DNA of 63,327 bases, the filler included, from Catajapyx aquilonaris (taxonomy: Eukaryota), in the NCBI GenBank assembly GCA_000934665.2. It is 4 parts of 4 records of this genome, joined end to end, with 100 filler letters (N's around TTAATTAATTAA, not from the genome) between each part and the next. Parts side by side here need not be neighbours in the genome. Positions count along the whole stretch, not along the records: positions 15,824 to 31,659 come from JYFJ02007412.1; positions 31,760 to 47,494 come from JYFJ02007413.1; 2 more parts are not named here. One strand, 5' to 3'. This document shows, in pieces, positions 24,953-35,668 of the stretch. The translations under genes were made by a program, and so were the position numbers. Within the stretch, counting starts at the first letter, position 1. The number at the start of each line of letters is the position of its first letter. Under the pieces are notes generated by a model. That model did no database searches and had not been told where the DNA came from. It saw nothing but the letters and a program-made list of their open reading frames with translations.

Positions 24953-26470
24953 GTTGCTTCCGTATTATCCGTAACTAATAGGCCACAGCCGCTTCCTTCC
25001 GCCCTTATCCTATCCCAAAGAGCACAGTAAAATGAAAGCAAAGAGTTCCAGGCAAAACAAACTTCCCCACTAAAGAGCCGATGGCTGATAACGGGGCATG
25101 AATAATTATTATTGTTATTATTATCGGAAGTATGCACGCACCCGTCCTCCATACTTGAAATCTCGTCGAATCTTGGGACCAGTTTGCATTGAAGACCAAG
25201 TTGAAGATACTCTTGACGATCACAACCATGATCGAAGATGGCACAACTGCTGATGTATTGGAGGCATGAATGTGCACGTCCGTCCTCCTTGAAATATCAT
25301 ACAACACTGAATTTATCAAGTTCAGTTTACATTGGATACCATCTTGAGTCTTGACTACCACAACAATGGTGCAGGCTGGTACAACGGCTAATGTATTGGA
25401 AATATGCACCGAAGAAGTTTGGAGGAGGGGATATGGTGTCCGACTGCTAATCGGGAGGTCCTATTATCAAATCCCGGGGCCGGCAACATTGACCGTGGTT
25501 TTCTGTGGTTTCTCACGGTCCTGCCAGGAAAATTCCGGAGTTTCTTCCGTAACTAATAGGCCACAGCCGCTTCATTCCGCCCCTATCATATCCCAAAGAG
25601 CACAGTAAAATGAAAGCAAAGAGTGTCACAGTATACAGTGACATTGGTGTGACGGCGGCCACGTTGCATCCCGCCTCACATGTTATGACGTAGTTTCCAC
25701 TCCCCTTCTCCCTCCACTTTTTTTCTTTTTTCTTTTTTCTCTTTATTTGCCATGCATTGCATGATGGGACTGATGGGAGTTTTCAAGTGGGGTGATACAA
25801 GTCAGCCCCAGCAGAGACCGATACGACCCAAAGGAGGACGGAGCTCTCGCCAGACCAGGACCGGCATAGAGTCCTGAGGAAAGGCCTTGGAGGCTTTGTC
25901 GTGGAGGGGACGCAGCGGCCATGTTATGGTCGTTACGGCGCGGCGTGCAGCGAGGAATGCCTCCCTGTGAGAGGTACCTACGCGAGGCGACGCAGTTATC
26001 CGCCGACATTAGCCATCCGTTGGACCCGGGTCGCCGTTGCTGTTGATGGGACGCAGCTTTGACAAATCATCATTGCTGTGGCTGGGCAGTTGCAACAGTA
26101 CTGTCGGCGTAATCCACCAGCAACAGGCGACAACCGAGAAGGAGAAGAGCATCCGCCTCATAGCAACATTGCGCAGGAAGAAGAAACATGTCAGCCAAAA
26201 GTGATCAGCAGCATTCCATCGGACAGTCCAGGTGCACAGTCCTTCGTCTTGACAGACGTGGCAGGTGGCAAGTGCTCGTGCAGGTTTCGTTGAGACCAAC
26301 AAGGGACATTGGGACTGACGGGGGAGTGTGAACCGTGTGCAATTGATGTGAAGGAGGAGGAGGAAAAGCAGGAGGGCACATACAACCATTGTATTTGATT
26401 TTGAGGGGATGTAACTTGTCATGTTTATTTGCAGCCAAGAATTGGAGCAATAATAATTAGTGCTGTAACA

Positions 26471-27205
26471 CAGGGCCGGATTTAGGGGAAGACTGAGTAG
26501 GCTGCAGCCTAGGGGCCCCCACCACAATGGGGCCCCCACCACAAGAAATTTAAAAAAATTATTTAAAAAAACAATAGTACAGCCATTTTCAAACTGTATG
26601 CCGCGGCACGACTGGTGTTCTGGGAAGGCTCCTCACTACGTCACCCCCGTGGCACGTACGTGGTATAATAACTTTCTTTGGCCCCAGCGAAGGGGCCCAG
26701 TGGCGTATCGTGGGGGGAGGAGGGGCAGCCGGGGGCAGTTGCCCCGGGCGCCAAAATTTAGGGGGCGCAAAATGAGAGAGGGAGGGAGGGAGAGAGGGAG
26801 AGAGAAAAGAAGGAACATTATTTCATTCACCTAAGCTTATGACCTTTAACCCCCCCCAAAAAATTTCGCCTGCGGCGGGCTTTTTCTTACCCCCCCCCCC
26901 CAAGGCATTCTCTGTGCGCGCCACTGTTCCGTTCGCTTAGTATTGTACCGGGCTCCGTTCATCAACGTGATACAATTTGTATGCACAAGAGTGGCTAGGA
27001 AACAGTGACCATTGTTGGGTTACCCCTGCCGCCGTAGTGTGCCAAGAAACTAGCTGCAGAAGAGACTTATTGGGTGTACGACTACTGCCCCGATGTCGAA
27101 AGGGGGGNCCCCCCCCCTCCCCTGCCAAAAACTCACGGTACGCCACTGAAGGGGCCCCCACCACATTGCAGCCTACGGGCCCCCACCACACTTAATCCGG
27201 CGCTG
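26471..27205. mobile_element. hAT MITE nested in the solo LTR
   Basis: CTGTAACA|CAGGGCCGGATTTAG ... CTTAATCCGGCGCTG|CTGTAACA (8-bp TSD). Confidence 0.85.
26698..27148. mobile_element. Second hAT MITE nested in the previous one
   Basis: AAGGGGCC|CAGTGGCGTATCGTG ... CACGGTACGCCACTG|AAGGGGCC (8-bp TSD). Confidence 0.85.
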
Positions 27206-27400
27206 CTGTAACAACAAGTCTCTCTCTTCGCAATTCGACCCTCCCCTACCATCATCTCTGCCACCCAAAAGGGGGGCTGTGACCAGGCAGCTCGTCGATA
27301 TTACAACCCACAAACCCTCTGTCCTCTCCACCCTGTGACAAAGAGTTCCAGGCAAAACAACTTCCCCCCTAAAGAGCCGATGGCTGATAACGGGGTATGA

Positions 27401-27484
<84 letters not shown>

Positions 27485-29841
27485 GGAAGTATACACGTAC
27501 CCGTCCGCCCTACTTGAAATCTCGTCGAACACTGACCTTCTTGGGTCCGGTTTGCATTGAAGACCAAGTTGAAGACACTCTTGACGATCACAACCATGAT
27601 CGAAGATGGCGCAACTGCTGATGAATTGGAGGCATGAATGTGCACGTCCGTCCTCCTTGAAATATCATACAACACTGAATTTATCAGGTTCAGTTTACAT
27701 TGGATACCATCTTGAGTCTTGACTACCCTGTGACTACCACAACAATGGTACAGGTTGGCACAACTGCTCATGTATTGGAAATATGCACCGAAGCAGTTTG
27801 GAGGAGGGGATATTATGGTATCCGACTGCTCATCGGGAGGTCCTGATATCAAATCGCGTGGCCGGCAACACTGACCGTGGTTTTCTGTGGTTTCCCACGG
27901 TCCTTCCAGGAAAATTCCGGAGTTGCATCCGTAACTAATAGGCTACAGCCGCTTCCTTCCGCCCCTATCATATCCCAAAGAGCACAGTAAAATGAACGCA
28001 AAGAGTTCCAGGCAAAACAAACTTCCCCCCTAAAGAGCCGATGGCTGAATACGGGGTATGAATTATTATTGCTATTATATTATTGGAAGTATGCACGTAC
28101 CCGTCCGCCCTACTTGAAATCTCGTCGAATCTTGGGTCCGCCACTGAGGTATTAGAGAGTTTCAGTGGGCCTTATCGTATGTTACGATACGAAACTCCGT
28201 GGGCCACGAAGAAGCATAACCGAAATGGTGATTGGTCCGGCGGTCCCTCCCGCCATCGTCCACCCACTCCCTACGTTTCGTATCCCGATACGGGTGGGGT
28301 GATAGCGTTAGACGATACCCATGCCGATGACCGAAACCATCCCACTGCTACCACGCACCTTAACCTAGACCAGGCGGTGTGCATGTCGCCGCGTGTGGGT
28401 GCAGGACTAACAGTGCAAGGGTTGGTAGCCTACTCCACGCCTCGCAGTGATGGGTAGCGTACTAGCTCACATGACACCTGAAACACTCCTACCGTGTCAA
28501 ACGATACGCTTTCAGGGGGGGCGGAGATACGATTCGTTCGTGTTTCTTTACGTGTCGGAAGGTGGGTTTATTAACTCTTTTCGCAGAACATGTGGGATTC
28601 AAGATGCATTTTCAGAATCAAACGGATGTGAGGCTATGGATGGTGTGGAAGAGGAAAACAACGAGGGTCAGTTTGATGACGCTGATGTTGACCACAATTC
28701 CAAAATGAAGAACCAAAGGAGGAAAAAAATAATGACAAGCTTAGGTTTTGGGCTAGCTTCTGTCAGACCACATAGTGATTATTTGGTATAGTTGAAGCAT
28801 TTTCAAATTTTAACCCAGTTTCATTTTTCATCATAACTTTATTACTCTTCGTATTACTTTTTTACTTGTAAAAATAATGATCTGTACCATTTCACATGTA
28901 CAAAAAAAATTCATTAAACCTTCCTTTTTGAAGTCAAAATGTGTTCTATTTTTTAGTTATTAATCAAATTAATTTTCAGTTACCCAACCCCATTCTGAAG
29001 TAGTAGTTATAGAATGTCATTCACTCTTGATGTATGACTTATCAGAAGTTGAAGTCAGTAAAATCTCTCGCTTGAGAAATCTCACCCTCAGTATAATTTA
29101 AATACCCCATACACACAAATTAGGTGTACGTGAATTACTGACAATAGGAATTCACATCCTCGTTTGATGCGCAAGACCTTACACTTCTCATTGCCGAGTT
29201 AAGTCTTTCTAGTGAGAGGTACTCTGGTAAACGTCTTCTCTTCATCATACACTTGTCTGCTTCCTGAGACTTGGCTACTTGTTTCAGTAACTCAATCCCT
29301 TTCTCCAGACACGTGTCAAACACATGATTCTCTTGCCTTAGCATGTCTGTGTAGAACTTGTCCTGGCAAACCATTAGAACAGACTCATAAATACTGCAGA
29401 AAGCAGAAGTAACATAATTACTCACGGAAGTGAGGTCACACTTCAAACGGGCCAACTCCTGATCTAATTGCTGTACTTCATCTTGTGTAAACTGGTTCTT
29501 TTGTACAGCATCCTCAGGTAGTAGTACGTTGTCAGGTATTTTGAAGAGTTCCTCCTGCGCATAAACCGAGATTAGCACAGTTCATGTACGTACAGATTTG
29601 GCTAGTATGCGCAAATAAATTGTAACTTCTAATTTGAATAAGTTGCCTGATTGCCTCAAACTCTTTGAATGCCTTCTCAATAACCTTTTCTCCGCTCTTC
29701 TGCGCTCCTTAATCAATCCATCTTTTTCAAACTGATCCATGGCCACACCCACAACTTCCGCCACATGCTCCACAAATGCATCTTCTCCTGTAAAAAAAAG
29801 ACGAAAATTATTACTGTCTATAAATTAAAGTATAGCTGGTC

Positions 29842-30164
29842 GGGAGGCGGGGTGGCGCTGCGGTAACGTATGCGCCCACGGATGTTAAGGTCCCGGGTTC
29901 GATCCCAGCCCGGGGACACCCCCTTCATCTCGTGCAGAGTTCAGGGTCACCTCTGGCTTCGTCTCGGGTGGTATTTCCAACAGACTAAACCACCCGGGGG
30001 AGTTCACTAAAAATGGCCACGTTTAATACATTGCACTGCACCTTGCACATCCCCTCCTGTCATCCTGCCCGTGGGCCCGGGCGCTTCAATAATTAGGTTC
30101 CAAATATGTACGTCGTACAAATAAAGGTCCGTGCTACATGCCGAGAGGCCAAGCACTACCCGGA

Positions 30165-30240
<76 letters not shown>
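29842..30240 (+). mobile_element. SINE family B with a long (ATT)n tail, in the Mis12 intron
   Basis: A box TGGCGCTGCGG, B box GGTTCGATCCC, TSD AAGTATAGCTGGTC (29828-29841 / 30241-30254). Confidence 0.9.
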
Positions 30241-30242
<2 letters not shown>

Positions 30243-30366
30243 GTATAGCTGGTCTGAACGTCTGACATCTTGCCAACTGCCAAATGAGATGTGTTGGACT
30301 AAAGCAACATGCATTGGAATAGAAGGTAAGTAGAAGGTGCGCAGGCTCCCCAAATGCAAAGACTTA

Positions 30367-30613
30367 TGCCAGATTGCACCAACGATATTACTGATTCGAT
30401 AGCTCCTAACCAGGGATGGAAAAAGAACCGCTTCTTTGGGCGGTAAGCGGTTCTTTTTCTATCCCTGCACATGGAAAAAAGAAGCGCTTCTTGGAAGGAA
30501 GCGGTACTTTTTCCATCCCTGCTCCTAACAGATCGTTAGCACACGTTTACAAGGGATCATAACGATCCATTAGGAGCTATTGGATCGGTAATTTCTGTTG
30601 GTGCAATCGGGCA
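30367..30613. mobile_element. Harbinger-type MITE containing a nested hAT MITE (30411-30521)
   Basis: Outer: TTA|TGCCAGATTGCACCAAC ... GTTGGTGCAATCGGGCA|TTA. Inner: CTCCTAAC|CAGGGATGGAAAAAGAACCGCTTC ... TTTTTCCATCCCTG|CTCCTAAC. Confidence 0.85.
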
Positions 30614-31659
30614 TTAACATGATATTATTGACCACCCTGACGGCTCACACCAGGATGACATTTCTCACCAGATGACAATGAGAACCTGCTATTCTCTGCA
30701 GGGCCAGCCCTGGCATCCATAGATTTTAACTTTTTTAACAAGCTGAAGAACCCGCATTTCAAATGATTATAATGTTCTCGACTGAAGACTGCCAACATTG
30801 TGGGAGTTGGTGGGAGGTTCCTATCAGGGGATGGATGGAACTTCTACTTGAAGGGTTTTGAAGACATTTTCTATTGTTACATCAAATGTACCTCAAACCT
30901 CCTACTTGACATACCAGTATTATAAACACTATATCACTACTTGCTATCCCAGTTAAAATGATAAGTTGCCATAATAAGAGCCACAAGACCATTGAATTCT
31001 TGGTCTAAACCAGTGTTTCTCAACCAGAGTTCTGTGAGAAATTGTGATGAATAGGCTCATCATAATATGTTAATGTATATTTGAGTCATGTGTAATACAG
31101 TAAAACCCCCGATTATTAACCGACCTTGGCTTATCCGACTGTCCTGCTCCAGCAATAAATTTGTTTTCTCATCAACTGTAATGTATTACGCATTTGTTTC
31201 ATACTGCCTTAGTTTAATTGTAAATACAGTACAATAGAGTGTAGATGTAAAATATAAATACTTCAGGATTTCTTATAAAACCATAACACTGTAAATTATT
31301 TCGTGTTTTTATGTTGTTTTTTTTTGTTTCATTAAAGTTTTCGTGGCTGCTCGAATTATCCGACCTATTTTGTGTTCCAACCATCGGTCCCGTGGGTGAC
31401 AGATAAAGTTGAGTTTTCATGAGAGCAATTTGAGGAGCGAAATCTTCGCCGATGTTGAAATTGACAATCGATTTTCGCCTCAAACAATATTGGTTACTTG
31501 GGTTCCTCACCCTCAGCAAAGATTTCGCCCCGCTCCGCTCGTTAAATCGCTAAATGCACATTAATAACACAGCGCAACAAAAAAAAACTTTCGGCGTGTT
31601 ATTCGGAAACCACTATGCACATCATGTTAGTAGGACCCAAAGTAGCTGGGAAACGCCCG

Positions 31660-31759
31660 NNNNNNNNNNNNNNNNNNNNNNNNNNNNNNNNNNNNNNNNN
31701 NNNTTAATTAATTAANNNNNNNNNNNNNNNNNNNNNNNNNNNNNNNNNNNNNNNNNNNN
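31660..31759. other. Artificial assembly linker
   Basis: 44N-TTAATTAATTAA-44N. Confidence 0.95.
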
Positions 31760-32786
31760 TTCTAATAATTTATTAGCGCTCTACCTTATCCCCGTCACCG
31801 TGGTTGCGGAACTGGCAGTCACCGCGGCGCTGCCAGATCGTCGCGTTCTTCGTGCGAGTTGTTATTGTTCATGGAGGGGGGTATTTTCGATCCCAAAGTT
31901 TGGCCAAACCAAGACTGCCACACTCGTGCCCTTTCACACACTTAACGGTAATTCGGCGTAAAAACCTCGTGATGGTCTCGAATCTCACAGGTACCGACAT
32001 GGAAAGGAGTGATTGCGGGTCAAAATAAAAAACTGTTCCTGGCCGCGGCGGCCGCAAATATCGCCCCAGGAGAAAAATAAGCGCACCATCTCTAAGTGCA
32101 ACTCTTTCGCGTCCAGATACTCCAGTTTCATGCCGATACCTCCATATTTACGACCGTGACAGCGAGAGGAAGAAGTGTCAAACTCACGGGCCGGCCCGCG
32201 ACGGGCTCCCCGCAACAATGGATAGCGTAGCCTAGAGCGCGCTCTTAAGAGATTAACACCCAGGTATTCCTGAGACTTGGCCTCCCATGTCCTGTGGCTC
32301 TGCCAATTGGCATGGGCCACTCCAGTCCATCCTCTTATCCTACAGTCATTGTTGCATCCTTTGAAAAGTTTCTTGGATCGAATTTGGCCATTGATCCTCA
32401 GTCTGCAACCGAAAGACCAATCAATAAACAAGACATAAGTAAGATTGTGGGTCCAGTTGCCACACAACCATATGTGCTGTGGAAGAGCAGTTAAAGTCAT
32501 TCAAGCATTTGTAATGCAATGCCAGTATTTGCAATGCCAGAGTACGTGGATAATTGAAACATCACCATGAGTCACCATTTTGACTCCTCTATTGGGAGAG
32601 ACAGAAAGTCCCTACTTTCTGTCTCTGCCAATAGAGGAGTCAAAATGGTCTAAGACTCAAGTCCTGAAACTCCCTCCCCTTTTGCTTGAGCTTAATTATT
32701 CTCCACCACACACATGCTCGAATTTTGCTGTCACTCCAAGGTGGCCAAAGCAGATAAAAGTTGGCACAATACTTGTACAGTATATA

Positions 32787-33377
32787 CGAGGGTCGTACTA
32801 ATATGATTTACAATTTATTTTTTTGCCACAAATACAGTTCCCATACAGGTCGGCAGATAGTCACACATTATCGAGAGAATCCTCCTGGAGCTGAGTTCAC
32901 TACCACCACATGTGTGTCAACCTCTCCAGGCCCTCCAGGAACCACTATTTGGAGGTGTGACATACCCACTACCGGACAACTGTGCACATTCAACAAAGTA
33001 AACAACTGTCAACAGTGTCCTCGAAATGGCGTCAGCGAAGGTTTTTTATCATGGATCTGGGTTTGGGTGCTTCCACACCCACTGCACTCACCCGGCTTGG
33101 CCACCAGTGACTTTAACCTGTTTAGATCCATGAAAAAAATCCTTCGCTGATGCAATTTCGAGGACATTGTTGAGTGTAAGCAGTTGTCCGGGTGGGGGTG
33201 CGCCGAACCTTTAGAAAATGGTTCCTGGAGGTGCTGGGAAGGTTGCCACACCGATGACTCCTGTTCACTCAGCTCCAGGAGGATTCTCTCGATAATGTGT
33301 GACTATCTGCCGACCTGTATGGGAACTGTATTTGTGGCAAAAAAAATAAATTGTAAATCATTTTAGTACAGCCCTCA
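32787..33377 (+). mobile_element. Non-autonomous mariner derivative with about 110-bp inverted ends
   Basis: TA|CGAGGGTCGTACTAA...GAATCCTCCTGGAGCTGAGT is mirrored at 33267-33377; internal VLPHPLHSPGLATSDFNLFRSMKK (PYSPDLAPSDF motif). Confidence 0.85.
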
Positions 33378-33639
33378 TACAATTCAATTTGTACTTTGAA
33401 ACAGTACCCATAATGCTAAAAAAGAAGGGCTACCAGATATTCATATTTGGAAATATAATGTAGGTTTCAGATGCCATTTGGCGATCTGCTTAGATAACTC
33501 AGTTGCAAACACTGCTCGTGAAGAATATGAGTCTCAAAAAATTGGCCATTATCTATGATTTCAATAAAAGTTTATATAAAAATTCTGCAAGGTTCCTAGC
33601 ACTCTCTGGGAATTTTGAGTGCAAAAAAAGGGTATAATA

Positions 33640-34742
33640 ATGAGTTTCAAGCTTTTCATTACTCAGGAAAAAGGTATTGAAAACCTGAGTTTCACTCTTT
33701 CATCTCATAATAATTATTACAACTTCCATTTAAAAACTATGGATACTGAGACCAAAATTAATCCTGGGAGGGATTCTTTTTGCTTCTACATTCCTCCCAA
33801 TTTAACAAGCAAGATTTCAAAAAGGAGACGTTACTCCAGAGCATTTCACTGACAGTCTGTCATGTGCTATTTATACCATTATGTGCTATTAATATGATTG
33901 AAATCTTCATTTTATCTTCTTTTTATCACTTTGAAATCAGCCAGTGATGATTTAGTGTATAGGGTACTTTTTGAGGCGATGAGATGGAACAGTGAAAAAT
34001 AGTCTGGCTAGTACCCATGATTAGGAGTTTTACTACAATAATAGTTACTTCAAAACAATTGTATATGAACATCATGATAAACAGTGAGTAGCTGATTACA
34101 TGAGTCACAGCCATGATTTCAGCACAATTTACTGATGTATACATTTTCTTATTTTCACTACTAACCCACCCACTTCACCCACCAACTTCACAAGTTTGTA
34201 TAGTCTTGTTACATGCGTCATAGGATATGTTGACTTTATATTGAGTGTGCCTTTCTTTTTGGCAGAGTCCCTTCTTGTGGTTGCATCATTGGGTGTGCAG
34301 CTTACCACTACGTATGTGTTGGGAAGAAAGGTGACAACATTTATTCCATTGCATTCCATCAAGGACCTCATCATTAATGAAGGAATTACTGTGGTAAGTA
34401 AACTCCCCTGTAGCTGGCCCAACATGTAGTTGACATTCCCTATGCCAGGCTTGATAGTGAGACAGGAAAGGCAAGGGATGCAAAAGTGTGGGTTGGAATG
34501 TTGGGTATAATATGCATATCCAACAACCCCACCGCCATTTTTGCTCCCTGTGCCCTTTCTCTCCCAAAGTTGAGCCTGGCAGGGGGCATGTCAGTTCACC
34601 TACATTGCTGCAAGAAATATTAGGCCTTAATATTCTGTGGCTGGAAAAGTCAAACCACAACCTGCTTGCATTCTACATTGTAGTGGAGGAATTACCTCAT
34701 CTGAAGCATTGCAAGTTGCGCAGTGAGATCAAGACACTGTAG
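33640..34742 (+). pseudogene. PIGH: PIG-H (GPI-GlcNAc transferase subunit H) remnant; one clear exon at 34266-34393
   Basis: cag|(E)SLLVVASLGVQLTTTYVLGRKVTTFIPLHSIKDLIINEGITV|gtaagt matches PIG-H (ETLLIIDSLGIQMTSSYASGKESTTFIEMGKVKDIVINEAI). The flanking exon candidates (33640 MSFKLF..., 34125-34225, 34685-34742) cannot be joined in frame with good splice sites. Outer limits are tentative. Confidence 0.65.
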
Positions 34743-35668
34743 AGATGTAAGCATGGAGTCCACGAAGAGTAATTAATAACATGAATAAATATATGTGATT
34801 TTTCTGGCTTCTATCACATCGTAGACTGGAGAAACTGAACCACACTTGAACCTGAAATTTCGTTTGGAACTCCCAGATGTTGGGGAGCAGGTTTTATAAG
34901 TAATTCTGAATATTCCATTGCTCACTTGGGTTATTCTTCAATATATACAATAATGAACTGCTTGATACTCAAGCATATGCTATTTGAAAAATTCTGTAGC
35001 TTTTATGAAGTGTGCCTGTTGCAGTTGTTCACTTATTTTTGTAGGACTTTGGTTCTAATTTGAGTGATACCAAAATGTACCACAACATAGGCAGACTAAG
35101 TAGTTTCCAAGGCTGTACTTGCTCTTACTGGCGTGCGGGAGGGTAGTAGTCAGTGGGAGCAGCGGGCTGTGTCGCTAAGATAGGTCTGTATCCGCAAGGA
35201 AGGAAGGTTAGGCTTGGTTAGATTTGGTTAGTTAGGTTGGTACAGCATACCTCTTCCAAAATCCAAAAAATCAATCTGCCTTTGCGACATGGCCAAGCTG
35301 CCCCCAGCCACCACTCCCCCTGCCGCGTCCCGCACGCCAGTAAGGGTTAGTCTTTCCGTTTCCAATAAGTAGCATTTCTCTTGCCATGTGCTAACTACTC
35401 TTTTATTGTCTCTAGTGTTTGATTTCACCTTAATGCTACTCTTTATTTGTGAATAGCACCGAGTCCTCTTTTACCTGGCTGTCGTACTGAACAACTCAAC
35501 CAGTGGCCAATTATTGGTTCCACTTTTCCAAGCAACACAGCCCCAGTTGGTGTGCCTGGAATCCATTTATAGCAAGGCTAGACCAGTGCTGTTTCGAAGT
35601 GGCAAATGATGTACGTTTTCAAGAAATTGACGTTTTACTTTTCCTTTTATTAAAACTGTTTTTGGCAG

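Larger units (their letters stand above)
25624..27340. mobile_element. Probable solo LTR (with nested MITEs) inserted in a SINE C
   Basis: AAGAG|TGTCACAG ... CTGTGACA|AAGAG: TG..CA inverted termini and a 5-bp TSD. Removing it restores the SINE sequence AAAGCAAAGAGTTCCAGGC. No gag or pol was recognised. Confidence 0.7.
22400..28140. repeat. Complex tandem array: about 90-bp subrepeats + SINE family C + (ATT)n, interrupted by later insertions
   Basis: The block GGAAGTAT...GCATTGAAGACCAAGTTGAAGACACTCTTGACGATCACAACCATGATCGAAGATGG...TTGGAAAT recurs at about 22910, 23505, 25125 and 27485. SINE C starts at about 23202, 24520, 25407 and 27786. (ATT)n runs lie at 22625-22707 and 27400-27484. Confidence 0.85.
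29135..30972 (-). pseudogene. Mis12: Mis12-like kinetochore protein gene; exons 29787-29627, 29554-29426, 29362-29135 are open; candidate exon 1 (30972-30915) carries two stops
   Basis: EELFKIPDNVLLPEDAVQKNQFTQDEVQQLDQELARLK matches Mis12 (ILRIPSNILLPEDK...YSEEDFQHLQKEIEQL). Introns of 63 and 72 nt, the latter with a weak GTTACA donor. Candidate exon 1 MATYHFNWDSK**YSVYNT-G|gtatgt is phase-compatible. The family call is firmer than the pseudogene status. Confidence 0.65.

Noticed and set aside
22400..28140. CRISPR-like repeat-spacer array
   Set aside because: Units are about 90 bp and 600 bp with homologous rather than unique spacers, they include SINEs, there are no cas genes, and the context is eukaryotic.
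22373..30359. ORFs with poly-Ile, poly-Asn or poly-Tyr (and the poly-Cys ORF at 18448-18702)
   Set aside because: Translations of (ATT)n and (CAA)n microsatellites.
31804..32500. GC-rich ORFs after the second gap as a first exon or promoter
   Set aside because: CpG-rich and promoter-like, but the ATG at 31871 stops after 24 codons and no link to PIG-H or the downstream gene could be shown.
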